From contig MU057724.1 of the NCBI GenBank assembly GCA_013265495.1, forward strand, positions 1,565,102-1,629,101: DNA of 64,000 nt. The letters run 5' to 3'. The stretch's first letter is position 1. Each line of letters begins with the position of its first letter. Under the pieces are notes generated by a model. The model was not told where the DNA came from. It did not search any database and saw nothing but the letters and a program-made list of their open reading frames with translations. The position numbers and the translations under genes were made by a program. Shown in pieces: positions 51,551-64,000 of the stretch. Source of the stretch: Vicugna vicugna (lineage: Eukaryota).

Positions 51551-54210
51551 CAGCACGGGGCTGGTGTGCGGCCGCGTGCGCACAGAGCTTCTCTGGGGGG
51601 TAAGTAACTTGGGAGTCAGGGCACACGAGAACCGCGTAGTTGAGAGGCAAGATTAGGAGAGAGACTTTCCCTGCATGTGTCATACACCTCCTGACATTGA
51701 AAAGCATATGAAGAATCTATTTAAAAACTCAGATAAAGGCACCGTCTGGGCAGCTGCCTCCGTCTGAGTTCCCAAGTTGTTACACACACGTGCACACACG
51801 CAGTTTCTATGTTTCTGTAAACCAACAAGCAGAGCTGGTTCACAGGTTAAGACCACCAGAAACCACGCTGCAACAAACACCTCACCAGCCCCCAAACCCC
51901 ACAGGCCTCGCCATGGTACTGCTGTTCCCTTCTGAGACACAGGGTGGGGTCAGGACACACCCTGCCCGCGTCACTGCATCCCCCCAGACGCAGAACCGTG
52001 GGACCCCCGCACCACACCTCCTCCTGGTAGCCTGCTCCCACATGCAACCCCTAGAGAAATAAACTCTCCAGACCCCACCTGAAATTCCTGCCTCCCAGCT
52101 TCCATCCCTGTGGAAATAAAACCGTTGTCAAGGGTCCTTCTCAAACACCCAACACGACAGAACACAGCCCTCCTCAGTTCAACAGCATTAAAAACCTCCA
52201 TCACTTATCTCCTCTTTGCTGTCGGTACTCTTTTCTGGAAACCTCCCTTCCAGACTTTCCTGTTCTCACGTTAGTTATCCGTATGTGTATGTGGTCTCTG
52301 CCCAGATTCAGCTCTTGGAGGGGCAGGGAGCTGGGGCATTTCCTCGTCCCCTCTCCTCAGGGCCCTGCACGGCACACCTCCCATCCCAGGCTCACAGCTC
52401 CTGCCGCGTCCCCACCTGCCCGAGTGCCCTGGGCTCCACCGCCCGCAAGCTGGGTACGCCCTGCAGCAGCAGGTGACGTTTCTCATAACCAGGAAGGAGG
52501 CCTCTGAGACCAATTCAGAGATCCCGGCACACACGTCCCAGCCTGCTAGCACACCTTCTCTTCCAACTCTACTGACACCTGAAGCGGAAAGGAGGCTGAA
52601 GGCCCCCGGGCAGGCTCGGCTGACCATCTACCCGGCCGTCCGCGGGAACCGGAGCTCGAGCTCTGCTCCCACCAGTGGTCAGCGTGTGAACGCGGGTCAG
52701 AAGTGACAGCCTCCTCCCTTGGATGTCACAACATGTGAAACACCACTTGCCGAAACTGTGATTTCACATTCATTCAACAACCATGTGCCAAGCCACCTGC
52801 CAGGCACTGGGACAGAACTCGGGCAGGCGCAGCAGATGACTGACCGAGAAAGCCCTGCCATTATGGACACTGCACATTTGGGGGAGGCGGTAGGTAAAAG
52901 AAATTATGGGAGAAGAACGAGAGGTGGAAAAGCCACCTGCTGTCAACAGGTGGTCTGCATGGTGTCGCGGCGGGGGTCACGTCTGTATTTGGACCCATGT
53001 GACAGGAGGAAGTGGCCTGAGTGCCGGGGCAGGGAACGCAGCCCCGAGCATAGGGCTCAGTCATGGTGGAAGGAGCTGAAGGCCAGTGGGCCAAGTACGT
53101 GCAGGAGGGACCTGAGCCGCAGCCGCGCAGCCACGCCGAGGCCGAGACAGCAGAAAAAGCAGGGCTGCAGAGCGTGAGGCCGCCTCGCTGCTCCCCTGGG
53201 GAGTGCGGGTGGGAAGTGCCGAGCAGAAGGCCAGCAGCAGCTCCAGGACGCACGGGCGACAGGACACACTCGGATGGAGAGAAAGGGACGGGTCTGAGCG
53301 TGGCTGTGAAGGGAAGGCACAAAGAGGCGGGACGCGGGATCATCGGGCCCACCGCGAGGCAGGCGCTCGTGTGACAAGAAGAAAAGAACGTGCCGTGTCT
53401 GCGCTGGGTCTGGGGTGCCTGTTACGTGTCCCAAGTGCAGGTTTTAGGAGCATGGATGACAGAGGCATCCGGTCACCATGCTGACACTGCACGTTAGCAG
53501 CTCATTCTGGGCCAAGTGAGGAAGTAGACAGAGGGTCACTAACCTGCCCGGGGCCACCGAGGCCACGGCAACGTGAGTGGGACCTGGAGGCAGACGTCTG
53601 CCCTTTCCAGCCACAGCAGCTGGGCCCCGGCTCTGGGACTCAGGCAGGGCCATGGCCAGAGACAGAAGTTGGGAGCCCGGCGTGACCTGCCAAGGCCGGG
53701 GAGGCACCCACGAGGGAGGCGCAGGAGGCCAAGCCCATGTCAGGGCGTCAGACACCACAAAGACACTAAGAAAGGCGCTCAGCCCGTCTCGCCCGCCCCG
53801 CCCAGGACCCTCCCCGCATCGGGGTTCTCCGCAGCCTGACTGCAGCCCAGCCAAGGAGCTGCCGCCACCCTGAGACTCGGAGTGACGGAGCGACCCAGCT
53901 CTTCTCAGACTCAACCAAAGCTGCCCTGTGTTTGCCATCCCCCGTGTGTGGAAAACGATGCCGACAAACTTTCTACGATTAATACATTCCTTTTTGTTTG
54001 ACCTGCCCCTTCTTTTCACGTTTCAATGAAGGCAGCTCACAGAGTCCGGTGCAAGGCAGTTTTCTCTAAACACACACACACAAAATGGAACACGTCCACT
54101 GACTACATTACTGCCTATTCACTTGGCTCTCTGTGAGGACCAGCCCACGAAACCCCAGGTGCGGGAGTGGAGGAACATGGAGTGACGGCTCCACGGGGGG
54201 ACCGGTGTCA

Positions 54211-54399
<189 letters not shown>

Positions 54400-55807
54400 T
54401 CAGTTTCAGCAGAACAGTCACCAATGACTGCTCTGCAGTCACGTGCACCTGAATGCAACCAAATTACATTCACTTAAGTATCTACCATAAAGCAATACAG
54501 AAGGAATCACAAATGTTAGCTGTTCAAGACAGATGCTTCAACGCACACGGGAAGATTCTGCAGGGTCTGACAGCTTTTAGGGATATTACTCCAATCCACG
54601 TCTGCCACTGGCTCCCAAAATACAGGCCTCACCCAGGTTCAGCCATGTGGTTAAAGCAAGTTTTATTAGTGAAACAAGTTTTGATTACTGTACCAGTGAG
54701 TCAACTTCATGGTCTTCCATGCTGGTAATAAAATATAGCTTCTAATTCTAATCCCAACATGCTATCTCGTAAGTATGTGTGATCAGTCACAAAAGGGTCG
54801 GAAGCTGCACCCACCCATCAGCCGTCCTTGGAAATACACTAGCTCAGACACGGCCTGATCAAGCTGCATTAGGACCTTCAGTTTATAGTATAAAAAGCAG
54901 CCCATTATTACACTGACATTAGCACAACAGTATATAACAAATATTCAATAAAACACCATTGGGAAACTACATTTTAAATGTTTTAAAGATGTATCTTTAA
55001 AGAAAAATCAGAAAAGACTGTTCATCTGGGAGTCTCAACTCTAAGCAAAAGCAAGTAGCAACTTTTCCAAGAATGTATTTTAATGAATGTTTTACATCAT
55101 GTCTTTGTAATAACTGACAAACTACTTGCTGCCAAGTACAGCACATGGTGATGCTGAAATCCCCTGACCTGTAAACCGCGTGTTGTGAAGTTGGGGGCCC
55201 TCACATACACAAACCCCAGAACAACCACGCTAGGTCCCAGTCATCTTGGACAATCAACCTTCTACTTACAAACCACAAGCTGTTTTAAACATCTCAGATT
55301 TAGGTTAATATGAATAAAAAAGATATTTTCTAAAACGTGTATTTATAAATTTTTAAAGGAAAAAAAACCCCATCCATTTTCTGAATAAATTACTATGTCA
55401 TACATTTTATTATACCTAGTAATTCCAAACCAAAGGCAGGCAAATAGATGAAAAATACTTTCAAATGAGTCTACGTAGTAATAAAAGGAGATTTAAAAAT
55501 ACACTTGTTTCTGTAATTGAGTTCAGTTCAAACTAAACCCCAAATGGGATTTCCTTTTCACATGTTCAGAGGGGTTGCTGGAAACAGCAGCTGCAGAGGT
55601 CCCCACAATCAGGGGCACCTCCAGTGAGGAAGCTGCAGGGAGCACGGCCCACGCCGCAGGGCGCAGCGAAGCTGGGCTGAGACCGTCTCTGCTGACCTAG
55701 TAAAGGGGCCTGCTCTGCATCTGCTTTGGTTAAATAATTAAGAGTCCACTCCAGTTTTTTCCTGTAGAGACAGATCTGTGACGAGCACTCCCTTCTTAAG
55801 AATCTCA

Positions 55808-56173
<366 letters not shown>

Positions 56174-56458
56174 CTATGAAATTTGGTTTAAATATCATGT
56201 TCATGAAGTTTAACCCTGACCAAAGACACTGTTCTATTATCACTGATAGAGCGCACATTTTTTTCAAAACATGAACCTGTCTCCTGCCACACTGGAACCA
56301 TACTTAGAAGGAGAAGACAGTGATAGGCCATCACACTGCCACCCTCATGATGCCCCATGGTCCACAGACAAGGGTGAGACCCCCAAGGGCCAGACAAAGG
56401 GAGTGGGCTTCCCCGCAGACCACCCTTTAGCCCCGGGGAAGCTGAGGGCCTGAGGTGT

Positions 56459-56488
56459 GGGCAGGGCAGGGCAGGGCAGGGCAGGGCA
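56459..56488 (+). repeat. (GGGCA)6 pentanucleotide repeat, G-quadruplex consensus
   Basis: Read directly; six G3 runs separated by 2-nt loops, ~410 nt upstream of a PCMTD1 acceptor. Confidence 0.9.
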
Positions 56489-58377
56489 GACTCCTCCTCC
56501 AACACTCCCTGCAGCTAAGAGCACCAGGGCTTGCCAGGAGAAGGCACCAGGGCCCGGCCACATTCTCTTGCCACCACTAAGATCAGGGAGGTCTTCCTGA
56601 TGCGTTCCGGCAGAGCTGTGCTGCAGGAGTGGAACAGAGAGCAAAGGAAGGGCTCTCTCTTCCTGCTGCGGCCCCCGTGACCTCCCTATGCAACAGAAGA
56701 GACAGTTCCAAAGCAAAGGCAACTTGTCCAGGCTGCCTGTTCCTGGTTACAGTGTTGGTTCATGGTACATGGAGTTACGCTTTTACAAGCTAACCTAGTT
56801 AGACTTCTCCTTTATTCCTTAAATTCTGACTAATCTGAAAACAGTCTCTAACACACATGGTTAAAACCCCAGTGCACTAATAAAACATGTACGGTAATCT
56901 TTCAGTTAACTCATGGAATATCCTCTCACCTTTAAGCTGACTGAAATACCACCACACAGCAACATCAGGCTATCATTTGAGGATGAAATAATTTACATTC
57001 AAAGTTTAGCATGCAGTGAAAAATGACTTTGAGTCATTATCATTTTTATTTTATAAAGCATATCCTGTCCTTTGGTAATTAGTAGACTTATTACATAGTT
57101 AAGTTTCCACTAAAATTGACTGAAACTCAGACACACTATGGTCTCTGGCATTTACAGAAGAGCTGAGCAAAATGATGCCTTGCCCTCAGCTTCCTGTCAA
57201 GGTGGAGGGCAGGGCACACCCCGTGAGGCCGTCCCTGTCCCGCTGCTCCGTCTGCGGTGACTGTGCCCTGGTGCCCACACTCTCCGACCCCACACACACT
57301 GCTTACAGCCACGTTTCCTTGCCTGGCTTCTGACTACTCAGGAGAACTATTACGAGGTGTTTCGCAGCCTCTGCCTATGCACCTGCCGTGCTGTTCCTTC
57401 GGCTGAAGTGGCCCCCTCTCCCCCTGATAAATGCCTAGCATCCCTTCCAGACAGCTCAAGTGTCAGCTATGCAGTGAGCCCCAGCCCAATTCTTCAACAG
57501 GATTTCATTCTTTCTACTTGCAAGAGACACACAAAAGTGTAAACGTACCTAAGTTATGGGGAAAATGTTTAATTCCTCCTTTATACTCAAGACTACAGTA
57601 CAACCTAGGATTGTCTACAATATGGCCAAAATATAATTCCTTGGCTTTTAAATGGTTAGACATTGTGGATCACATGGTTTAATCATATTACCAAACTCAT
57701 TGTAAACATTGTTTAAAAAGAAAGAAATACTATCTTCTATCTAAAAATCCTCAATCTTATAAAAATTCATTTTAAATAACTTAATTTTATAGTAATTTAA
57801 GCCCATCTTATAATTTCCAGGATGAATGTGAGCAGGGAATTTAAATTTAACAATTTGAATGATTAAAAACCTCTTTTATCATTAAATCAACCTAAAAATA
57901 TGCTTATAGTTTAAAAGCTTCCTACTAGTTAAAGATAAGTGACTGCTTACAGAACTGTTACCTAGGACAGCACCATTACACGGAAACAACTTACAATGAA
58001 AACCACTTCTCATGTTAATTCCACTTTACCACACACTCATCCCAGCAACCTAATTAGAAAGAACTGCGTGACTGGCTCTAAGGCCAAACGTGCGACTCTG
58101 GTCAAGTGACCCTGCACTGATGACAAGCACAATTCATCACGCCAGATGCTACTCACGGAGCACCGGTGGTGTAAAGGCTGCAACACGACGGGAAACACTC
58201 ACGCCTACAACTCACATGAGAGACGAGCGTCACACAGCTCATGCCACAGACCAATCTACAACGATGACAAACGCTCTGAAGGAGAAGAATACGGCTCCGT
58301 CAGGCTGGGGAGTCGGAGAAAGGCTCCCTGAGAAATGGTAAGCTGCGATCTGAAAGGCGGGACAGACGACCCGAGAG

Positions 58378-58520
58378 CCACACTATCCGAAGCGACAGCC
58401 ACCAGCCACATGTGGATGCTGAGCCCTTAAAACGTGGCCTGTCCAAACTGAGGTGGACTGAGAGGATAAAAAGCACACATGATCCAAAAGACTTAGTAGG
58501 AAATGTAAGCTATCCCAGTA
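58378..58520. mobile_element. MER3/MER33-like hAT relic
   Basis: gccaccagccacatgtggatgctgagcccttaaaacgtggcc...aactgag is the characteristic MER3/MER33 motif. Confidence 0.65.
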
Positions 58521-61500
58521 TTTCTTTTACACACACACACGCACGTGCGCGTGTGCGTGTGTTTCAACAGCCAAATAAACTGAAACACTAAACCACCACC
58601 CTCTACTTCTTTACCTGTAAACAGGAGCTTCAAATACCTTCCTCAACACAATCTTCCCTCCGGAACATTCTCTTGGTTTTTCCTTTTATCTCTTTGAACA
58701 TTTCCTCTGAATTTTAACTGTATCTCCATCACCTATTACAAGTCCTCAAAAAACATTTACCAAGTGAAAAACATAAGAACAGTAATTGTTTTGTCACTTT
58801 TTCCACCTACCAACTTTGACTATGAACCCAAATTTGATAAATCAAATACACTGATCACAAAAATCTCAGGACTAGAAGAGAAATTTGCCCAGAAACAGTC
58901 ACAGGAAAAACATATACCTACGTCACTCCCTGCATCAACATGATGGTTCTTGTTTGACTAACTCGGTTACTATCAATAACTGTAGCTTCATGTCACAGAA
59001 TAGACGGGTTTTTTCCCCCACAAAGTGCCAAAAGTGCAAAACTCAAATAGTAAAAAAACCAAAACTAACTCTTGCCTTTAATGAATAAACCAAATGTCCT
59101 CAAACTGGAAGTTTCTTTTGGGGGCCTTTCTGCAGATCTTCAATAAGCCACCCTTATTATAGGGAACAAAGTTTTTGCCTCGTAATGCAGATGGGATATG
59201 TGCTTCCACTCCAGGAGTATTACAAAGAATCATTATAGAGAAAAATCAGACCTCTAAATGTACAAATAATTTCTATAAAGCAAATGGAACATCTATTTCT
59301 AACAAGTGCTCATGGGGTCTTTACACTTTCATTTAATATAATTTCTTTTACAAAAATATTCAAATTTGAAAGATTAATTGAATTCGAGACAACATTCTAA
59401 AAGGGTTTGAAGGACTGGACTATTTCTAGATACAAAACAATAAAACTTCAAGCACATAATTGGGGAGAAAAGTGTAATATTTTTAAACACAGGCACTGAG
59501 ATACCTAGAACAAAGGAGAGAACTCATATACCAAACATGTCATAAGGAAGTCCTGACTCTACCAACTTAACGAGCTACAAGGAACACATCTACCAGAGAC
59601 AGTCCCATCCAGGGACTGTCTGTTACGCCTACAGCTACGGCTTCACCTTTTCCAAGAACGCACCATCCCTTCATGTTAATGAAGAAAACAACTCTCACGC
59701 TGTCTGAATTACAACGTTATTTTTTAAACAGAAATGGGTTATGGATTATCTTTCCTAATGAAGGACTTAGAGAGGAGCTTTGGTATTTCTGACTACGCAC
59801 AACTGAGGATCTCACGTAGACATTCTGTATTCCCACACTGAAATTATGGCTTACTTTAATAGCATTTCATGTAAATTAATTCATATCAATTCTGCTAACA
59901 ACATTTTTTCACAAAGTCTACAATTAACATTTTTCAGGCAAGCATTTGTGGGCACGCTCGTATCTGCACACATGTGCGTGAAGGACGGCCACCGGAGACA
60001 CGGATGACAGCGGCCTCACGAGGAGAGGCCACTGCTACCAGTTCCTGCCGCAAAGAAGCGACTAAAGGCACTCCCCTCCTTTCACCTGCACTGGACTCTG
60101 AAAGCTGCACCTTCCACAGACCTCCACAGGCAGAGGACGTGTTTTGTTCCACAAGCACAATTCTGCGTAATCTGGAAGCGTATAGTGATACACTGAGCAC
60201 AAGTTCCCAGTTTATTATTAAATAGTGCTACCTTACCTACAGATTCACACACAACATCTAGGTCTAGAAATAGTGAAAGAGAAAATCCAAATTGCACCTT
60301 TTCACATCGACCACACATAGATGAAACCTGAGACGGGGGAGAAAGAAACAAACAAAACAAAACAAAAAACAGACAAAAGCACCAAGCGGCCGACCGGAAG
60401 GGGGCCTCCCTGTGAATGTAATTTCACTCCTGCAAGTGAGGCTCCTGTGCTCTCTCCCTGGTTTCCACACTTGACTTAGGGGAGTTCATTAAAATCTTAC
60501 GTCTGTCAGTAAAATGAAAAGCAGCAATCATTTTTACTCTTTGAAGGCAATCTCCAAAACAAAATTTCCCAGGGAGAGATGACTCATAGTCCTGAATTAC
60601 ACTAAATTACACTTCCTAACAGTGTAAGCATCTGTATACAAAAAGAAAAGTAAACAGTTCTGCAATGTGTGTAATAACTACACAGTCATTCACCTTAGAC
60701 CAGTATAATGTCTAAACGGTTTAACAACTTAAACCCGAAAACCCAATGACTTTAAGACTCTTCTTCCGGAGAGAGGGAGAGTTATTTGACACACTCTTAG
60801 TAAGATGCACACCGACATTCATCCGTGGGAAAACACAGAGCACGTGGACTCCTGCTTCACAAAGTGAACACTTGGTGGGGTAACACAGGAGTCTAATCAC
60901 CTACCTTCACGGTGGTTCTCTTCACAGATGCACGCTGGATTAGCTTCATCGTGAGGCGGACAGGCGACTTCGTCCACGGCAGGGACCTTGCCAGCTTGCC
61001 CACATAATTCTTTGATTAGCTGCTAGCAGAGCAGGTGACCTAGCCTTGCCCTGCAGCTCCCCTCTCAGACGGATAGTCTAGGTCTAGGAGCTGACTGAGA
61101 GCAGAAGAAACAACATTCCCCTTGACCACACCGCTGAAGTTGGGGCTGAAAGTCTGCACCCCTGCTTTACCGTGTGCCACAGGATGCTGCCACTGACATC
61201 CTAGACTCGTACGCCAATGGAATAAAGGATTTCAAGGACATAGGAAAGAATCCTATCTTGTTCTCACACCTCGTCCAAAACAACCTGCCGAATGAATCAC
61301 AGACACTTCTTTTTCTTAAAACACTTTGTCAAAACATACTTTTTGAGCTGTAACAGCTATGACTACTTCATTAAAACAAGACAAAACTTCACAACTTTAC
61401 ATTGAGAAGAAAACCCAGGGAAACATTCATCTCTTGATCTCCAAATACACTTAAACCATTTAAAAACTTTTACAACCAAGAATTAAGCTATTGAATTTTA

Positions 61501-62232
61501 AAAATTAAGAAAACAAAGACTTTACCTTTTCAAGTGTTTTCCCTTCCAATTGCATCAAACTCACCTCAGAATCATTCCAGCATCATTTAAAGCAAAGTGT
61601 TGAGAGGAAATACAGAGACTTCTCAATGAACAGAGCTTCAGGGAACCCCGCAGGACCAACACCAACCTCTCAACATTTTATAAGAAATGTGACAGGTACA
61701 TCATGTAAAAGTGAGCCCTCATGTATTTCAACAGTAATTTCTTGTAAAAAAAAAAAAAAAAACTTGGGCTAAACACCATTTTAATTCTGTCAAACAGTAT
61801 GTTATTCTTGGAATAATTTCTTCTCCTAACAACGTGTTAGAAGCCATCAAACTTTTCCCCATGCCATTTCTAACTGATGATAAAATGCATAACTAACAGC
61901 CCTGATGACTATTTTGAAGTATTTCTCTGTCCCATCACGTGAATGTTTTTCATGATTAAACCTGTGTTGACAACCTGTAGTACCTCTCATACAACTATCA
62001 TCTGAACATTACCAATAAACCAAAACGTCCAAGTATCTAAGGAACAGTCTGAAATAACGCTGAGTGCATGTTCATAGACAGCAGAACGACTCCAAGTATG
62101 ACACCATTCTCTAAAAGGCGAAGCAGGGCTCCTCCAGGGGTAAAGCTGACAGAACACAGACAGCATCACTGAGCTTTTTCCAATGCAAACTGAGTTCTGT
62201 GAAAAATAAGCCTGCAATTTAAAATAAAGTTA

Positions 62233-62250
62233 GGACACTAGATGGTGCCA
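62233..62250 (+). promoter_or_regulatory. CTCF-like motif in PCMTD1 intron
   Basis: GGACACTAGATGGTGCCA resembles the CCACTAGATGGCGCCA core; motif match only. Confidence 0.4.
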
Positions 62251-64000
62251 TCAATCAATAAAATCTGCTAAAATACACACTAAACTAACCCTGACTTTAA
62301 TTTAAAATTTATTCCTCAACCAAGTTTGAGGAAGTCACGGCCGCTCCTGCTCACCCGCACCCCAGCGGTCACTCACACCGCAGGTCAACCTCACTAGTGA
62401 ACAGGGTAGGTGTGCGTTGTAATAAAAATGCTCTAGTGCATTTACACATGTTAACAGGGCTCCTTAAGTTCTAATCTGGAAAAAGTAAATAAATGATGGA
62501 AATAGAAGTGCGGCTTCCACTTCTGTCATCTGGCGCTGAGGTGCTGGGCTGTAATTCATTGGTCAGCTCACTGCCGGGAAGGAAAATGTTCACCTCACTG
62601 TAGCTACATCAGAACTAAACAAAAAGACCGGCCTTGCTGAAGTTTCGGCCTGTCTACCCTCGTTCAGAATGGTACGCGGCACTTAATGAACAGATAATAC
62701 ATGTCAGCCGCTGTTATTTTTATCATCTCATTACTGTTTCCAGGATTCACATCATGACTCATTTATAGGAAAAATTACAGAACAACGGTCCTCCATTCAA
62801 ATAGAATGAAAGTCTTCAATAAATCGGACTACACTACACTCACGTGGCTGACAGGACAGTATTTCCAGAATCAGGTGAAGCTCCTTGGCAGGGGAGAGGA
62901 GGCAGGAGCTACTGCCTTACCAGTGAACAGCGCAGCCCAAAGCATGCATTCTAGGGCGCCCAGTCTGCTACACACACGCGTATACATGTTACGTAAGTAC
63001 ACAAATGGAGCCATGAATAACTGCTATGCAAATTACCAACTTCCCTGCAAAATATTCAGAGCGTAAAGGTTTACAATTCAGCCTCCTTTAACTGACTCAC
63101 TCTTCCAGATAAACACAGCCTGAGAGATTATTCTGCTTGCTGTCCAAGCACAAATACTGATTTATATAATGTGGCCTTCCCCCGACTTCTCCTTCCCTCA
63201 TGAAAGCCGGATACCAAAGGCCCACTTTAAAACTGAGGCCCAAAGGCCCGTCTCTATCAGAGTGGGCTAAAACAGCACCATCTGGAGTGTCCACGTGAAG
63301 GGTAAAGCAGGGCTCGGCAAGTGGGGACAGCGGCGACACAGCCGGCGCCGGTCTGTGCAGACGGAGTGTCACTGGGGCCCCTAGGCCCGCCCCTGCCGTG
63401 ATGCCCGCAGCCGCCTGCGCCCACTTAGCTCAGGGAGCCTGAAACGTGTAATCTCTATCCTGCACGGGAAAGGCCTGCCAGCGTTCTAGAGCACCTGTGG
63501 AATCAGAGGTCAGTTTTATGAGGGAACCTCAGTGACTCTGGAATGCAAACACACAAGAGAACTCTCCCTTCCCTGCTACCCCCACGCAGAGTAAATTCAG
63601 AGCCGCCTCTTCAGACACTTCATTTGCTGATATAGGACTAAGACACACAAAGTTTCAAAGTCCATGCATTATAATAAGGATATTTTCTCTGAAAGAAGAA
63701 ATAGTACTTTCAAGACACAGGAACCAAGCTTGCTTTTATAAAGCATACACAAAAAAAAGCATGCACTCGTATTTTTTAAAGGTCATCTTACATTATATAT
63801 TCTATATTAGAATATGCAAGGAGTAGCTTTTGAATCTTTTCCCACCTACTATATTTGGGAGTCCACTATGATCTCCAATAGGAGAAATAGTAAGAAAACT
63901 TTCAAGATGCAGTTTAAATGATGAACGACATGACAATACTTTTGAAAAAGGAACTGATAAAAAAAGATCCAAGCCAATGGAGTAAGACTGGAACAGTGTT

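Noticed and set aside
58528..58562. Self-complementary alternating purine-pyrimidine tract (hairpin/Z-DNA)
   Set aside because: Common degenerate CA/TG microsatellite adjoining a transposon relic; no sign of specific function.

Overview
Mammalian genomic DNA, not prokaryotic. It is probably a cetartiodactyl and most likely a camelid; this is inferred from the young L1 3' ends and MER41-like/ERV1 LTRs, and from finding no Alu, B1, Bov-tA or PRE-1 SINEs. The only firmly identifiable gene is the 3' half of PCMTD1 on the minus strand: three coding exons (55877-56048, 54216-54339, 51024-51388) that splice in frame, plus a ~2.6 kb 3'UTR ending near 48440. About 1.5 kb past its poly(A) site lies a strong CpG island (~45820-46900) next to a 420-bp assembly gap. 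The remaining ~45 kb looks like a long first intron with LINE, LTR, MIR and DNA-transposon relics and a few well-formed minus-strand splice-site pairs, including a 5-nt microexon candidate. The expected neighbour PXDNL is not recognisable, so a rearrangement placing another gene (hypothesis: SNTG1) here is possible. Other notable signals are a canonical RE1/NRSE in the last PCMTD1 intron, patchy AT-to-GC substitution bias consistent with GC-biased gene conversion, a 4-kb-spaced inverted duplication, and several informative L1 insertion structures. I found no demonstrable new biological system; the findings are testable hypotheses. Repeat family names and comparisons with human come from memory, not a database search, and most repeat boundaries are approximate.
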